64,000 nucleotides of DNA from Candidatus Omnitrophota bacterium (GTDB lineage Bacteria > Omnitrophota > Gorgyraeia > Velamenicoccales > JABMQK01): the NCBI GenBank assembly GCA_028711115.1, contig JAQTSV010000001.1:902032-966031 (forward strand). The letters run 5' to 3'. A program made the position numbers and the translations under genes. Positions 19,521 through 28,354 of the stretch are shown here, one piece after another (position 1 is the first letter of the stretch; every line of letters starts with the position of its first letter). Below the pieces are notes generated by a model. The model was given only the letters and a program-made list of their open reading frames with translations. It was not told where the DNA came from and made no database searches.

Positions 19521-21371
19521 TCATGCCGGGTCGACATTTACTGTAATTATCACATTTCCGCTTCTGAATTTGCTCATCGATTTCTTAAAGACTCTGCTTA
19601 ACGATTCGATTTTGCTTGATTTTACTAATAAATATTTATAATATTTTTCTCTTAAGCGAGAACGCTGGGTTATATCAAAATTTGATACTTCTACTCCTTT
19701 TGTATTCATTCCCTTCAAAAACGAATACAACTTAGAATAAGACGCCTGAACACTTTTTTTATCAAAACTCCGAAGAGAAACAAGCCCGAGTTTATAATAC
19801 GGCGGCAGTTTTAAATCTTTTCTTGTGTTTAATTCTGTCTTGTAAAATATTTCCGGATCCAGATTCTTTAATGCTTTCAACAGATAGAAATCCTGATTCA
19901 GGCTGGAGCTGATCAGCATTTTTCTGAAAGTCATGATTAATAACTTGGACAATAATTGAAATGTCTCCTCGCCGGAATTGAAATCTCCCACGTTAAGCAG
20001 ATTATCCAGGCTCCAGATAATTGTTATGTCGGGTTTATACCCGGGGAAATTTAATATCTTTGTCGTAGCAATTACTATGTCGCAGTCCCTGATATCATTA
20101 TTTGTTTTTGGCAAAGCATCTAGTATGATAATTTTGGCCTGGGGAAAAAACCTTTTCAGATTGCTCTCTAGCTTTTCTATGCCGAAACCACCGTATTTTA
20201 CATAACCGGAATTACATTTCGGGCAGATTTCTACTAACTCTGTTTTAAAATTACAATATGGGCAGATCAGTTTTTTTTCTGAATAATCTAACCTTAAATT
20301 TCTGCTGCAGCGGCTGCACATAATTGTCTCTTTGCAATTCTTGCAATAAACAAATGTAGCAAATCCTTTCTTATTTAAAATTATCAAAATTTTTTCCTTG
20401 CTCTGTAGAGCTGAATCTATCTCCTTCTCCACCATTAAATCCATTTTATCCTTATAATTAATCCCCGTAAGCTGGATTTCTGGAAGAATTTTATTGCTAT
20501 CTGTCTCCTTCAATAAGACCTTCTTGCTTTGGATTAATTGATAAATCTGACTCGACGGCATTACTGACGAATAGATAACACCGCATCCTTCAATTTCGTA
20601 GCGCATCTGGGCAATTCTTGACGTATGATAATAAGGCACCTGGTCTTCTTTATAGGCATAGTTACTTTCATCGTCAATGATTATCAAATCCAAATTCTTC
20701 ACAGGCGCAAAAATACAGGAACGCGTTCCGATAATTAAATCTATCTCGTCTTTGGCCAAATCACTCCACAACTTAAGCATATCTTTTTTGGGAACCTTAC
20801 CGTGCCAAATGGCAATTCGTATACCTGGAATATCGGTAAAGCAGTTTTTGGCTTTATCAATCATTTTTATTTCCGGTACAACAAAAATAATTCTTTTTTT
20901 ATCTTTCATTACATTGATAATTTCATTCTTAAAATAAGCGTAGGTTTTATCATTTTCAATATTACGTATATAAATTAATTTACTTTTCTTATTCTTATCA
21001 TTCTGGCATTTTATCAAAGAAAAATCTGCGTTGATATTCCTGGATTTCTTTACGGCCTCTGGCAGCATCGATTCAATCGCCTCTCCCAGAGAACAAACAT
21101 AGTAATCTTTTATGCTGTGGGCCAATTGTAAATTATTGGCTGTTACGACGGGAAATTTATCTAGCGTATTGATGACGGGATTGAGTTTTTTTATTTTTGA
21201 TTTGGAGGAAAAACCTACGACAAAACCGATATTGTGTTTATTATTGAATAGCACATTCACCCGCATGCCCTGCTGTATCTTATTAATCAAATCCTTGGGT
21301 ATGGAATAATCGAATAACTTATCTATAGGTAAAGGAAGCGCCACTTTGGCGACTGCAAAATTTCTGTTCAT
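19521..21371 (-). CDS. priA: Primosomal protein N-prime (PriA) homolog with degenerate helicase motifs
   Basis: N-terminus AKVALPLPIDKLFDYSIP (3-prime-binding domain). Cys-rich zinc region CKNCKETIMCSRCS...CPYCN...CPKCN. The Walker A position reads RNIENDKT and the DEEH position reads DDES (see findings). Confidence 0.75.
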   Translation of the reverse strand: MNRNFAVAKVALPLPIDKLFDYSIPKDLINKIQQGMRVNVLFNNKHNIGFVVGFSSKSKIKKLNPVINTLDKFPVVTANNLQLAHSIKDYYVCSLGEAIESMLPEAVKKSRNINADFSLIKCQNDKNKKSKLIYIRNIENDKTYAYFKNEIINVMKDKKRIIFVVPEIKMIDKAKNCFTDIPGIRIAIWHGKVPKKDMLKLWSDLAKDEIDLIIGTRSCIFAPVKNLDLIIIDDESNYAYKEDQVPYYHTSRIAQMRYEIEGCGVIYSSVMPSSQIYQLIQSKKVLLKETDSNKILPEIQLTGINYKDKMDLMVEKEIDSALQSKEKILIILNKKGFATFVYCKNCKETIMCSRCSRNLRLDYSEKKLICPYCNFKTELVEICPKCNSGYVKYGGFGIEKLESNLKRFFPQAKIIILDALPKTNNDIRDCDIVIATTKILNFPGYKPDITIIWSLDNLLNVGDFNSGEETFQLLSKLLIMTFRKMLISSSLNQDFYLLKALKNLDPEIFYKTELNTRKDLKLPPYYKLGLVSLRSFDKKSVQASYSKLYSFLKGMNTKGVEVSNFDITQRSRLREKYYKYLLVKSSKIESLSRVFKKSMSKFRSGNVIITVNVDPA

Positions 21372-22465
21372 CGTCTCTCTATTAACTCTAAAACTCTGCG
21401 GCTGGAATCTGTTTGCCTGAAAACACTGATTTTATTCTTTATCGCCGTGATTTCGCCTGTATTATCTCTAAGAGATAAGATCTTTTCTTTTATCTTTTTG
21501 GGATTCTTGGGTATAAAGCCTAATCCGTGCTGGGTGATTATTCTGGCATTTTGTAATTCTTGTCCCGGGATAATGGAGAAAAATATCATCGGCAAATCCA
21601 TAACCAGACACTCAGAGATTGTCGAACCTCCCGGCTTGGTGACCACTACATCGCAAACAGCCATAACTTCCTGCACATAATCAATCCATCCCAAAACAAC
21701 CAAATTGCTATTATTCAGTTTTTTAAGACGGAAAAATAATTTTTCATTGTTACCGCAAATCACTATTACATTGATTTCTTTGGATAAAAGATTTACAATC
21801 TGATAAATAGGGCCTATGCCGATACCACCGCTCAATATTAAAGACGTAAAGCCACCTGTGTTTATCCCCAGCTTTTTTCTAACGGCATCTTTGTCTATCT
21901 GCCTTTGAAACTGTTTTCTGATGGGAATGCCTAAAACCTCAATTTTCTCTGAGTCAATTTGCTCAGAAATCAATATTTCTTTGGTTCTATCGCAAGCAGC
22001 AACATAGGTATCAATATTCTTGGCCAGCCAAAAACTATGCACGCCAAAATCTGTCACCACGGATATAATTCTTGTTTTTATTTGTTCTTTACCTTTTAGA
22101 TAAGAAACCAATTCATTTACTAGAAAGTGAGTAGAAATTATTACATCCGGTTGTTCGCTTTTTATAAAATCAAGAAATTTGTAACAAAACAGCTTACTGA
22201 TAAAACGCCTGAAATTACCGTTTATTAATCTTAGATATTTTGTATCTGCCAAGAAAAACAGAATCGACCAAAGCCACTTCATATTTGAAATGATAAAAAT
22301 ATAACCTTTCGAATACAGGAATCTGAAGAAATTGGGCGTGTAATCTAATACGTCGAGAAGAAAAACATTTTTCTTGTCATATATGTCAACCGCTGATTCG
22401 TAAATTGATTCAGCGATCTTCTTATGACCGAAACCGGCCGAGGCATGAATTATGAATATTTTCAC
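21368..22465 (-). CDS. MGDG-synthase-like GT28 glycosyltransferase (diacylglycerol glycosyltransferase family), copy 1
   Basis: MKIFIIHASAGFGHKKIAESI N-terminus is typical of the MGDG_synth domain. C-terminal TKPGGSTISE is the GT28 C-domain motif. Confidence 0.7.
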   Translation of the reverse strand: MKIFIIHASAGFGHKKIAESIYESAVDIYDKKNVFLLDVLDYTPNFFRFLYSKGYIFIISNMKWLWSILFFLADTKYLRLINGNFRRFISKLFCYKFLDFIKSEQPDVIISTHFLVNELVSYLKGKEQIKTRIISVVTDFGVHSFWLAKNIDTYVAACDRTKEILISEQIDSEKIEVLGIPIRKQFQRQIDKDAVRKKLGINTGGFTSLILSGGIGIGPIYQIVNLLSKEINVIVICGNNEKLFFRLKKLNNSNLVVLGWIDYVQEVMAVCDVVVTKPGGSTISECLVMDLPMIFFSIIPGQELQNARIITQHGLGFIPKNPKKIKEKILSLRDNTGEITAIKNKISVFRQTDSSRRVLELIERR

Positions 22466-23022
22466 TTTTTATTATTTAGATTTATTATAATATCACTGGC
22501 TTTATAGAGATTGACTGCAATAAAATCTGGCTGAACCTGCCATTCTTTTGCATTCTCCATCTTTTCCCTGCCTGATAAAACAAGTATCGTCTTACAACCA
22601 ACAGCTTTGCCTGTTTTTATATCCCTTATGCTGTCTCCGATAAAAAATGAATTCTTTATATCAACATCACCGGCGCTATTTAAAGCCTGCTCGATAAGCC
22701 CTGTCTTGGGTTTTCTGCAGCCGCAATCTTGTTCTTCGGTATGGATACAGTACAAAACTTTTTCTATTTTACCGCCTGCTTTGTCAATTTCTTCTGTCAT
22801 ATTCCGAGTAATATTGTCCAAAATCTCCTGGGAATACAGTCCTTTTGTCACACCGGCCTGATTTGAGATAACAAATAATTTATAGCCGGATTCAGAAAGC
22901 CGCTTAATCGCCTCTTTGGCCTTGGGCAAAAACTTAAATTCCTCCTGGCTGCAGACATATTTAAAGTGTCCTGGATATTTATTGATAACTCCGTCTCTGT
23001 CAAGGAAAACCAATCTGCTCAT
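22462..23022 (-). CDS. gmhB: D-glycero-D-manno-heptose 1,7-bisphosphate phosphatase (HAD family)
   Basis: FLDRDGVIN (DxDG), ISNQAG, C..H....CGCRKPKTGL zinc/loop motif, IGDSIRD. Confidence 0.8.
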   Translation of the reverse strand: MSRLVFLDRDGVINKYPGHFKYVCSQEEFKFLPKAKEAIKRLSESGYKLFVISNQAGVTKGLYSQEILDNITRNMTEEIDKAGGKIEKVLYCIHTEEQDCGCRKPKTGLIEQALNSAGDVDIKNSFFIGDSIRDIKTGKAVGCKTILVLSGREKMENAKEWQVQPDFIAVNLYKASDIIINLNNKK

Positions 23023-23024
23023 AA

Positions 23025-24266
23025 TTAATTCTCTGCGGTCAGTACGGGAAAGAATTTTATTTTTGAAAGCGCTATAAACAGAATAATAGCGCCTATGGTA
23101 ATAAATGAATACATCTCAAATAAACTTCCTGCCCATCTGCTAAAGAAAGAAGCGCTGAAAGAATGAATCAAAAAAGATAAAATCAATAAGCCAATCGTTA
23201 TCTTATCCAGGAATTTTACTTTAAACAAATAAAAGATTGCCGTCATATATCCGTAAGTAAGGAAAATAAATGCATGAGTCCAGGCATTGGGATTTAATAG
23301 CGCGGCGCAAACCGAAATCATGCCGATATTAACATTATCGAAAACTTCATCTTTTTTATCAGCCTTGTTTCTCGTCGGTAATAAACATAACAAATACAAT
23401 AAAACAACACAGGCGCCTGTTAAGAATCCCAAGAAATAATCCCCTAAATTGAGTATATTCTTACCATAACCTCCATAAGCAGAGAAAAATCGCATAATCA
23501 TAGACATTAAGGACTGATTGGAGGAATCAGACAAAGAATTAAAATCCAAACTGGTCTTACAAAGAAAAGGCAGGTATTGACTCTGTAAAGTCAGATTCTT
23601 CTGCCATCCCCAGAATAAAGCCGGCAATAACCAGAACAAAATCTGGGAAACAAAAATATAAAAGATTAACTTAAATTTCCTCTTGAATAGAAAATAGGGT
23701 ACAAAAATTGTCCCCATGTATTTGACCAAAATGGAAAAACCAATTAATAAACCGCCTAAAAAATCCTTATTTTTGCTTGAGGCGTAAATCCCCAAGAATA
23801 AAGTGGTCATCATCAAGAAATTAACCTGCCCTTCATCAAAATTATGCATATAAAATCTAGACGCCAAGAATAAAGACCAGAAATAAATCCAGTTTTTTTG
23901 TTTGGCTGATAACTTATCTTTAAAAATCATCTTCCCAGAATAATACATAAAGATGATTATGAGGATAAAATTAAATATAAACCAGATGGTGGCAGCCGTT
24001 CTTTCCGAAGTCAAAGCAAATAATGCCGTGATGGAAGCAAACAAAGGCGGGTATTTGAAATTTGGCATGCCGTCTTTTCTATTGGCGCTGACATCATAGA
24101 TATCCTGACCGCTTAACATCTTTTTGCCGGTATAGTAACTCGCATGGAAATCTGCAAAATTTCGTTTAGGCATTTTATATTCGTAACGTCCGATGAAAAT
24201 TGTGAATAAAAATGCGATGATCAAAACTTTTTTCCAGTGATCTTTCAGGTAGCTTATTATCTTCAT
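23025..24266 (-). CDS. Polytopic membrane glycosyltransferase, GT87/DUF2029-like (GT-C fold)
   Basis: 413 aa with about 10 or more TM segments. FKYPPLFA loop motif near the N-terminus. 4-nt overlap with the upstream polyprenyl-phosphate sugar synthase-like GT2. Confidence 0.5.
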   Translation of the reverse strand: MKIISYLKDHWKKVLIIAFLFTIFIGRYEYKMPKRNFADFHASYYTGKKMLSGQDIYDVSANRKDGMPNFKYPPLFASITALFALTSERTAATIWFIFNFILIIIFMYYSGKMIFKDKLSAKQKNWIYFWSLFLASRFYMHNFDEGQVNFLMMTTLFLGIYASSKNKDFLGGLLIGFSILVKYMGTIFVPYFLFKRKFKLIFYIFVSQILFWLLPALFWGWQKNLTLQSQYLPFLCKTSLDFNSLSDSSNQSLMSMIMRFFSAYGGYGKNILNLGDYFLGFLTGACVVLLYLLCLLPTRNKADKKDEVFDNVNIGMISVCAALLNPNAWTHAFIFLTYGYMTAIFYLFKVKFLDKITIGLLILSFLIHSFSASFFSRWAGSLFEMYSFITIGAIILFIALSKIKFFPVLTAEN

Positions 24267-24964
24267 TTTCTTACCCTCAATTTAGGATATAGATAAGCGA
24301 TATCCCTGAGTGTTGCCAATATATTGCTTAATTTTACAGTGCTCTTTCCAGCCCTCCGAGGAAAATGCGTCACCGGTAATTCTTTGATTTTAAGGTTCTC
24401 TAATTTTGCTTTCAGTAATAGTTCTGTATCCACAAAAAATTCATCTCTGTCTATAGATAGGCGCCTGAGGGAATTTCTTTTAAATAACTTGAAAGAACAA
24501 TCGATATCTCTTACATTTAAATTAAATAATAAAAAAATAAAACGATTATAGACAAAAGCACATAACTTTCTCAGCAACACATCATTTCTGTTCTTTCTAT
24601 ATCCAATCACCAAATCATAATCATCAATATAGGGCATAAAGTTAACTATTTCCTTAATGTCAAACTGATTATCGGCATCGGTATAAAAAACCAAATCTTT
24701 CTTGGCGCTAAACAATCCGGTCCTTAAGGCTGCTCCATAGCCTCTATTCTTCAGATGACGTATTACAATCAGCTTATCTTTATATGCTGACGTTAACTCC
24801 TCGCATACCTTAGGGGTATTATCTTTACTCCCGTCGTCAACCACAATAATCTCAAAATCGCTGAAGTTTCTGTTGAGAAAATTATAAGCGTCGCCAACAA
24901 TTTTTCTGATATTTTCTTGTTCGTTATAAGCAGGGGTTACAAAAGAAAAGCTATTTTTGTACAT
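24263..24964 (-). CDS. GT2 glycosyltransferase, polyprenyl-phosphate hexose synthase-like (Dpm1/GtrB type)
   Basis: FVTPAYNEQENI, VVDDGSKDNT, YTDADNQF (DxD region). 233 aa soluble GT-A. Confidence 0.7.
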   Translation of the reverse strand: MYKNSFSFVTPAYNEQENIRKIVGDAYNFLNRNFSDFEIIVVDDGSKDNTPKVCEELTSAYKDKLIVIRHLKNRGYGAALRTGLFSAKKDLVFYTDADNQFDIKEIVNFMPYIDDYDLVIGYRKNRNDVLLRKLCAFVYNRFIFLLFNLNVRDIDCSFKLFKRNSLRRLSIDRDEFFVDTELLLKAKLENLKIKELPVTHFPRRAGKSTVKLSNILATLRDIAYLYPKLRVRK

Positions 24965-25715
24965 TTCGTTTCATTTCCCAGTATTTAGCGTAACTTATAA
25001 TTTGATAGATGCTATCAAATACGGCTAACATAAAACCCATAAATCCGTCGAGATATCCTTTTTTGCCTATGAATTTTCTGAAGAACCTATCGACAGTACG
25101 CCAAAGCGCGCGCCCGAACGACATCTTTCTCCCCGTAGAAATCCATTTCTGGGCTTCCAGGGTCGTCTGCCTGTTTAATTTATTTAAAAAATCTGCGAAG
25201 TCTCGATAGGAATAATGAATAATATCTTTATCCAAGTGGCCGCATTTTCCTTCTAAAAACGCCCGCGGATGCACTTGGACTTCTTCGTACTTAAATTTAT
25301 CTTTTCTGAATAATTTCAATTGTGCCGCCGGATATTGTCCGCCGTGCTTTAACCAATAATTACCGATATGGTTTCTACGAGGAATAGTAAAAGCACTAAA
25401 TCCACAATTGTCGAATGTAATATTTCTAATTTCGTCCGACAATTCCGGAGTCGCCCTTTCATCGGCATCCAAACTTAAAACCCAATCATTTTCTGCTTGA
25501 GCATATGCCCAATTCCTGTGTTTTCCTTCGTTATCCATCCTTCTGATTAAAACTCTTGCGCCGTAAAGCTCAGCTGTCTTTACCGTATCATCCTGGCTAA
25601 AATCGTCTACAACGATAATTTCATTGGCTAAAGCCCTTACCGATCCAATACAATCCTTAATATTCTTAGACTCATTTTTAGTAAGTATGACTACCGATAA
25701 ATTAATTTTATCCAT
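24951..25715 (-). CDS. GT2 glycosyltransferase (LPS-core WaaE/KdtX-like)
   Basis: LSVVILTKNESKNI, VVDDFSQDDT, LSLDADERAT. Confidence 0.7.
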   Translation of the reverse strand: MDKINLSVVILTKNESKNIKDCIGSVRALANEIIVVDDFSQDDTVKTAELYGARVLIRRMDNEGKHRNWAYAQAENDWVLSLDADERATPELSDEIRNITFDNCGFSAFTIPRRNHIGNYWLKHGGQYPAAQLKLFRKDKFKYEEVQVHPRAFLEGKCGHLDKDIIHYSYRDFADFLNKLNRQTTLEAQKWISTGRKMSFGRALWRTVDRFFRKFIGKKGYLDGFMGFMLAVFDSIYQIISYAKYWEMKRNVQK

Positions 25716-26814
25716 TATGCACTTTCCTTATGATTGAAACTATTCTGACAATATCTTTCTTTTGCATATGCGGGTGCACAGGAAGAGCCAAAATATCTCT
25801 GCAAACTCTCTCTGCAACGGGAAAATCTCCTCGTTTATACCCTAAATAACTATTTGCCTTCTGAAGATGCAGTGGCAACGGATAGAATACAGTAAAAGGT
25901 ATTTTGTGTTTTTTGAATTCCTTCTCGAGTTTACCTCTTTTATTGGTCCTTATAGAATACACATGAAAAACATGCTTGAAATCTCTGGGAATTCTGGGAG
26001 TAATTATACCGCTGGTTTCCTTTAAAAGCCGGGAATAGGTCTTGGCATTATTGATTCTAGCCTCATTCCATTTACTAAGCCGCCTCAATTTAAGACGCAA
26101 AAAAGCAGCCTGAACATTATCCAGCCTGGAATTATAACCTATTATATTGTGTAAATATCTTTTCGTGGACCTTCCGCAATCTCTTAATTGCAATAACTTA
26201 TCGTAGAGTTTCTTCGAATTTGTAGTCACCATTCCTGCGTCACCGCAAGCACTCAAATTCTTGGTAGGATAAAAACTAAAACACCCTGTACCCCCCATTG
26301 ATCCGGCAATGCGATTTTTGATTCTGGCTCCGTGTGACTGCGCAGCATCCTCAATTACCCATAAATTATATCTCTTGGCAATTCTTAAAATTTCCGGCAT
26401 ATTAGCGCAGAGACCAAAAAGATGCACAGGAATTATCGCCTTGGTTTTTTTGGTAATTGCTTTTTCTATTTTCTTGGGATTTATTGTATACGTATCTCCT
26501 TCTATATCCACAAAAACAGGTTTAGCTCCGGTAAAACTTACCGCAAAGCTTGTAGCAATAAAAGTAAAGGCAGGAATAATAACTTCATCTCCTGGACCTA
26601 TGCCAAGTGTTTTTAGGCTGAGGAAAAGTGCATCCGTGCCGGAATTTAAACCTACGGCATATTTCGTCTGGCAAAATTTGGCAAATTCTCTTTCAAAAGA
26701 CCTTACTTCTTCACCGAGGATAAAATCACCTTTGGACATAATCGCTTTTAATTTCTGCGAAAATTCTTTGCTTATCTCTAAATATTGCTTGTCTAAATCA
26801 AGAAAATTCATCAT
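25708..26814 (-). CDS. DegT/DnrJ/EryC1/StrS family PLP aminotransferase
   Basis: GDFILGEEV..FE..FA, NSGTDAL, and FSFYPTKNLSACGDAGMV containing the PLP lysine. Confidence 0.85.
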   Translation of the reverse strand: MMNFLDLDKQYLEISKEFSQKLKAIMSKGDFILGEEVRSFEREFAKFCQTKYAVGLNSGTDALFLSLKTLGIGPGDEVIIPAFTFIATSFAVSFTGAKPVFVDIEGDTYTINPKKIEKAITKKTKAIIPVHLFGLCANMPEILRIAKRYNLWVIEDAAQSHGARIKNRIAGSMGGTGCFSFYPTKNLSACGDAGMVTTNSKKLYDKLLQLRDCGRSTKRYLHNIIGYNSRLDNVQAAFLRLKLRRLSKWNEARINNAKTYSRLLKETSGIITPRIPRDFKHVFHVYSIRTNKRGKLEKEFKKHKIPFTVFYPLPLHLQKANSYLGYKRGDFPVAERVCRDILALPVHPHMQKKDIVRIVSIIRKVHNG

Positions 26815-26820
26815 TCTAAC

Positions 26821-27615
26821 CTATTTAATGGCTTTGAGCCGTAAGTAAATTGGCCCACCGGCTGAAACTACTTTTATCATTAACGGTACTCTTACTTTTC
26901 CATTTCTTACCCATAATGTAAACTTAGCTCCGTGAGCAGAACTTTTATCGCTTCTATGCACTTCTCCGTTCAATTTATAAATATTATTCTTAAGTTCTAC
27001 GGGCGTTACGTTAAAAGCATAGACTTCTTCTTTCGTTAACAAATTCAAGGTAATTGTCTCTCCTAAAACATAATTTTTATCTAAAAGATTAAAGAAGGCC
27101 GATAGAGGATCATGGGTATATGGCGGGATTTTAAACTTGATTCCTTCTCTTGCAGCGATATGCGCTTGTGGGTCAAAAACGATTTCTTTGGATTTGTTAT
27201 TCTCTGGCGTATAAGATTCCTCGCGGTACCATAGAGGTATTTTTGTATCCTTTGCAACCGCGTCACTAATTACCATCTTGGCGTCATACATTTTTTTTAA
27301 AAAAGTACTGAGCTCCACTGTTGCTTCCATAATGTAAACCGGCGTATTATTTAAATTAGTCTCTCCTGCTACATGCATTTTTGCTGTCCCGGGAGAAAAA
27401 ATATTCATATAGATAACATCGAAAACAAAAGTCCTGTCTAATTGCCATAACCAATCCTGATAGGTCTTAAACTGATTAATTTGTGTAGCTTCAATTTCTT
27501 TTTTTAGGTTTTTTGCTATAAGTTCGGGATTACTTTTATATGTATTAGAAACAACATCTGCCAGCACTACGATCACAACAACTCCTGCCAATCCTAGGAA
27601 AAGTCTTTTAATCAT
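26821..27615 (-). CDS. Secreted/periplasmic protein, DUF3108-like
   Basis: N-terminal signal/anchor LFLGLAGVVVIVVLA and a beta-rich body. Weak resemblance to the second DUF3108-like ORF at 57987..58796. Confidence 0.35.
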   Translation of the reverse strand: MIKRLFLGLAGVVVIVVLADVVSNTYKSNPELIAKNLKKEIEATQINQFKTYQDWLWQLDRTFVFDVIYMNIFSPGTAKMHVAGETNLNNTPVYIMEATVELSTFLKKMYDAKMVISDAVAKDTKIPLWYREESYTPENNKSKEIVFDPQAHIAAREGIKFKIPPYTHDPLSAFFNLLDKNYVLGETITLNLLTKEEVYAFNVTPVELKNNIYKLNGEVHRSDKSSAHGAKFTLWVRNGKVRVPLMIKVVSAGGPIYLRLKAIK

Positions 27616-27661
27616 CCATATCTCCTTTTATCTATAAGATTGGTAAATAATGCTACTGAAA

Positions 27662-28354
27662 TCAAATCCACAGAATACCCGACACATATTTTGAGTTTTG
27701 GGAAATCCTGAAAGGAAAATGATTTATTACTTTATCAAGCTGAATATTTTTATTTAAGTCTGACTTTATCTCTAAGACCAGGGCCTCTGACACGGGATTT
27801 TGAAAATGCAGATTAGGATTAGGATAGACCCGCTGATCATAAACTCGCTGATTGTAGTCCAGTGTAATTCTGCAACTACTGTCAAGCGTCTCATAATAAT
27901 AACGATAATAACTGTTGATGATCATCGGTTCGCTTGCATAAAAGAATTCTACTTTTAATAAGTCAGTGAGATTTTCTTGTATAGTAAACCTAATTTCATC
28001 CCAATCAAGCCTGCTGAAATCGATTGGCTTATCTATCTCCTGAGATGCCTTGGTAATAAGCATGCCTTTTTTTTCCTTCAGCTCCAAACTCCCTTTTGCC
28101 TGAGAAACAGATTCCCCATACCATCGAAAACGCAGTTTTGAACGCCTGTTGCAGCCAGACAGAGCATCGTGATAATTAGAAAGATTGTAAGTATCGAAGT
28201 AGGCATTATTTACCTTGCGCATGGGATAGCGCTCGATGAAAGACTTGGGATGGAGTAAAATCTGCGTCTTCGCTTCGTCGAGTGTTAAATTCTTGATAAC
28301 CATTTTATATTCGTATCGCCAATTTTTTGTAGCAATCATTTCGTGTCTTTCCAT
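27662..28354 (-). CDS. VTC-domain protein (polyphosphate polymerase / triphosphate tunnel metalloenzyme-like)
   Basis: RYEYKMVI...VNNAYFDT...RSKLRFRWYG...LELKEKKG pattern is typical of bacterial VTC (Vtc4-like) domains. An alternative start (ATG at 28339) forms an ATGA overlap with the CotH-like stop. Confidence 0.65.
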   Translation of the reverse strand: MERHEMIATKNWRYEYKMVIKNLTLDEAKTQILLHPKSFIERYPMRKVNNAYFDTYNLSNYHDALSGCNRRSKLRFRWYGESVSQAKGSLELKEKKGMLITKASQEIDKPIDFSRLDWDEIRFTIQENLTDLLKVEFFYASEPMIINSYYRYYYETLDSSCRITLDYNQRVYDQRVYPNPNLHFQNPVSEALVLEIKSDLNKNIQLDKVINHFPFRISQNSKYVSGILWI

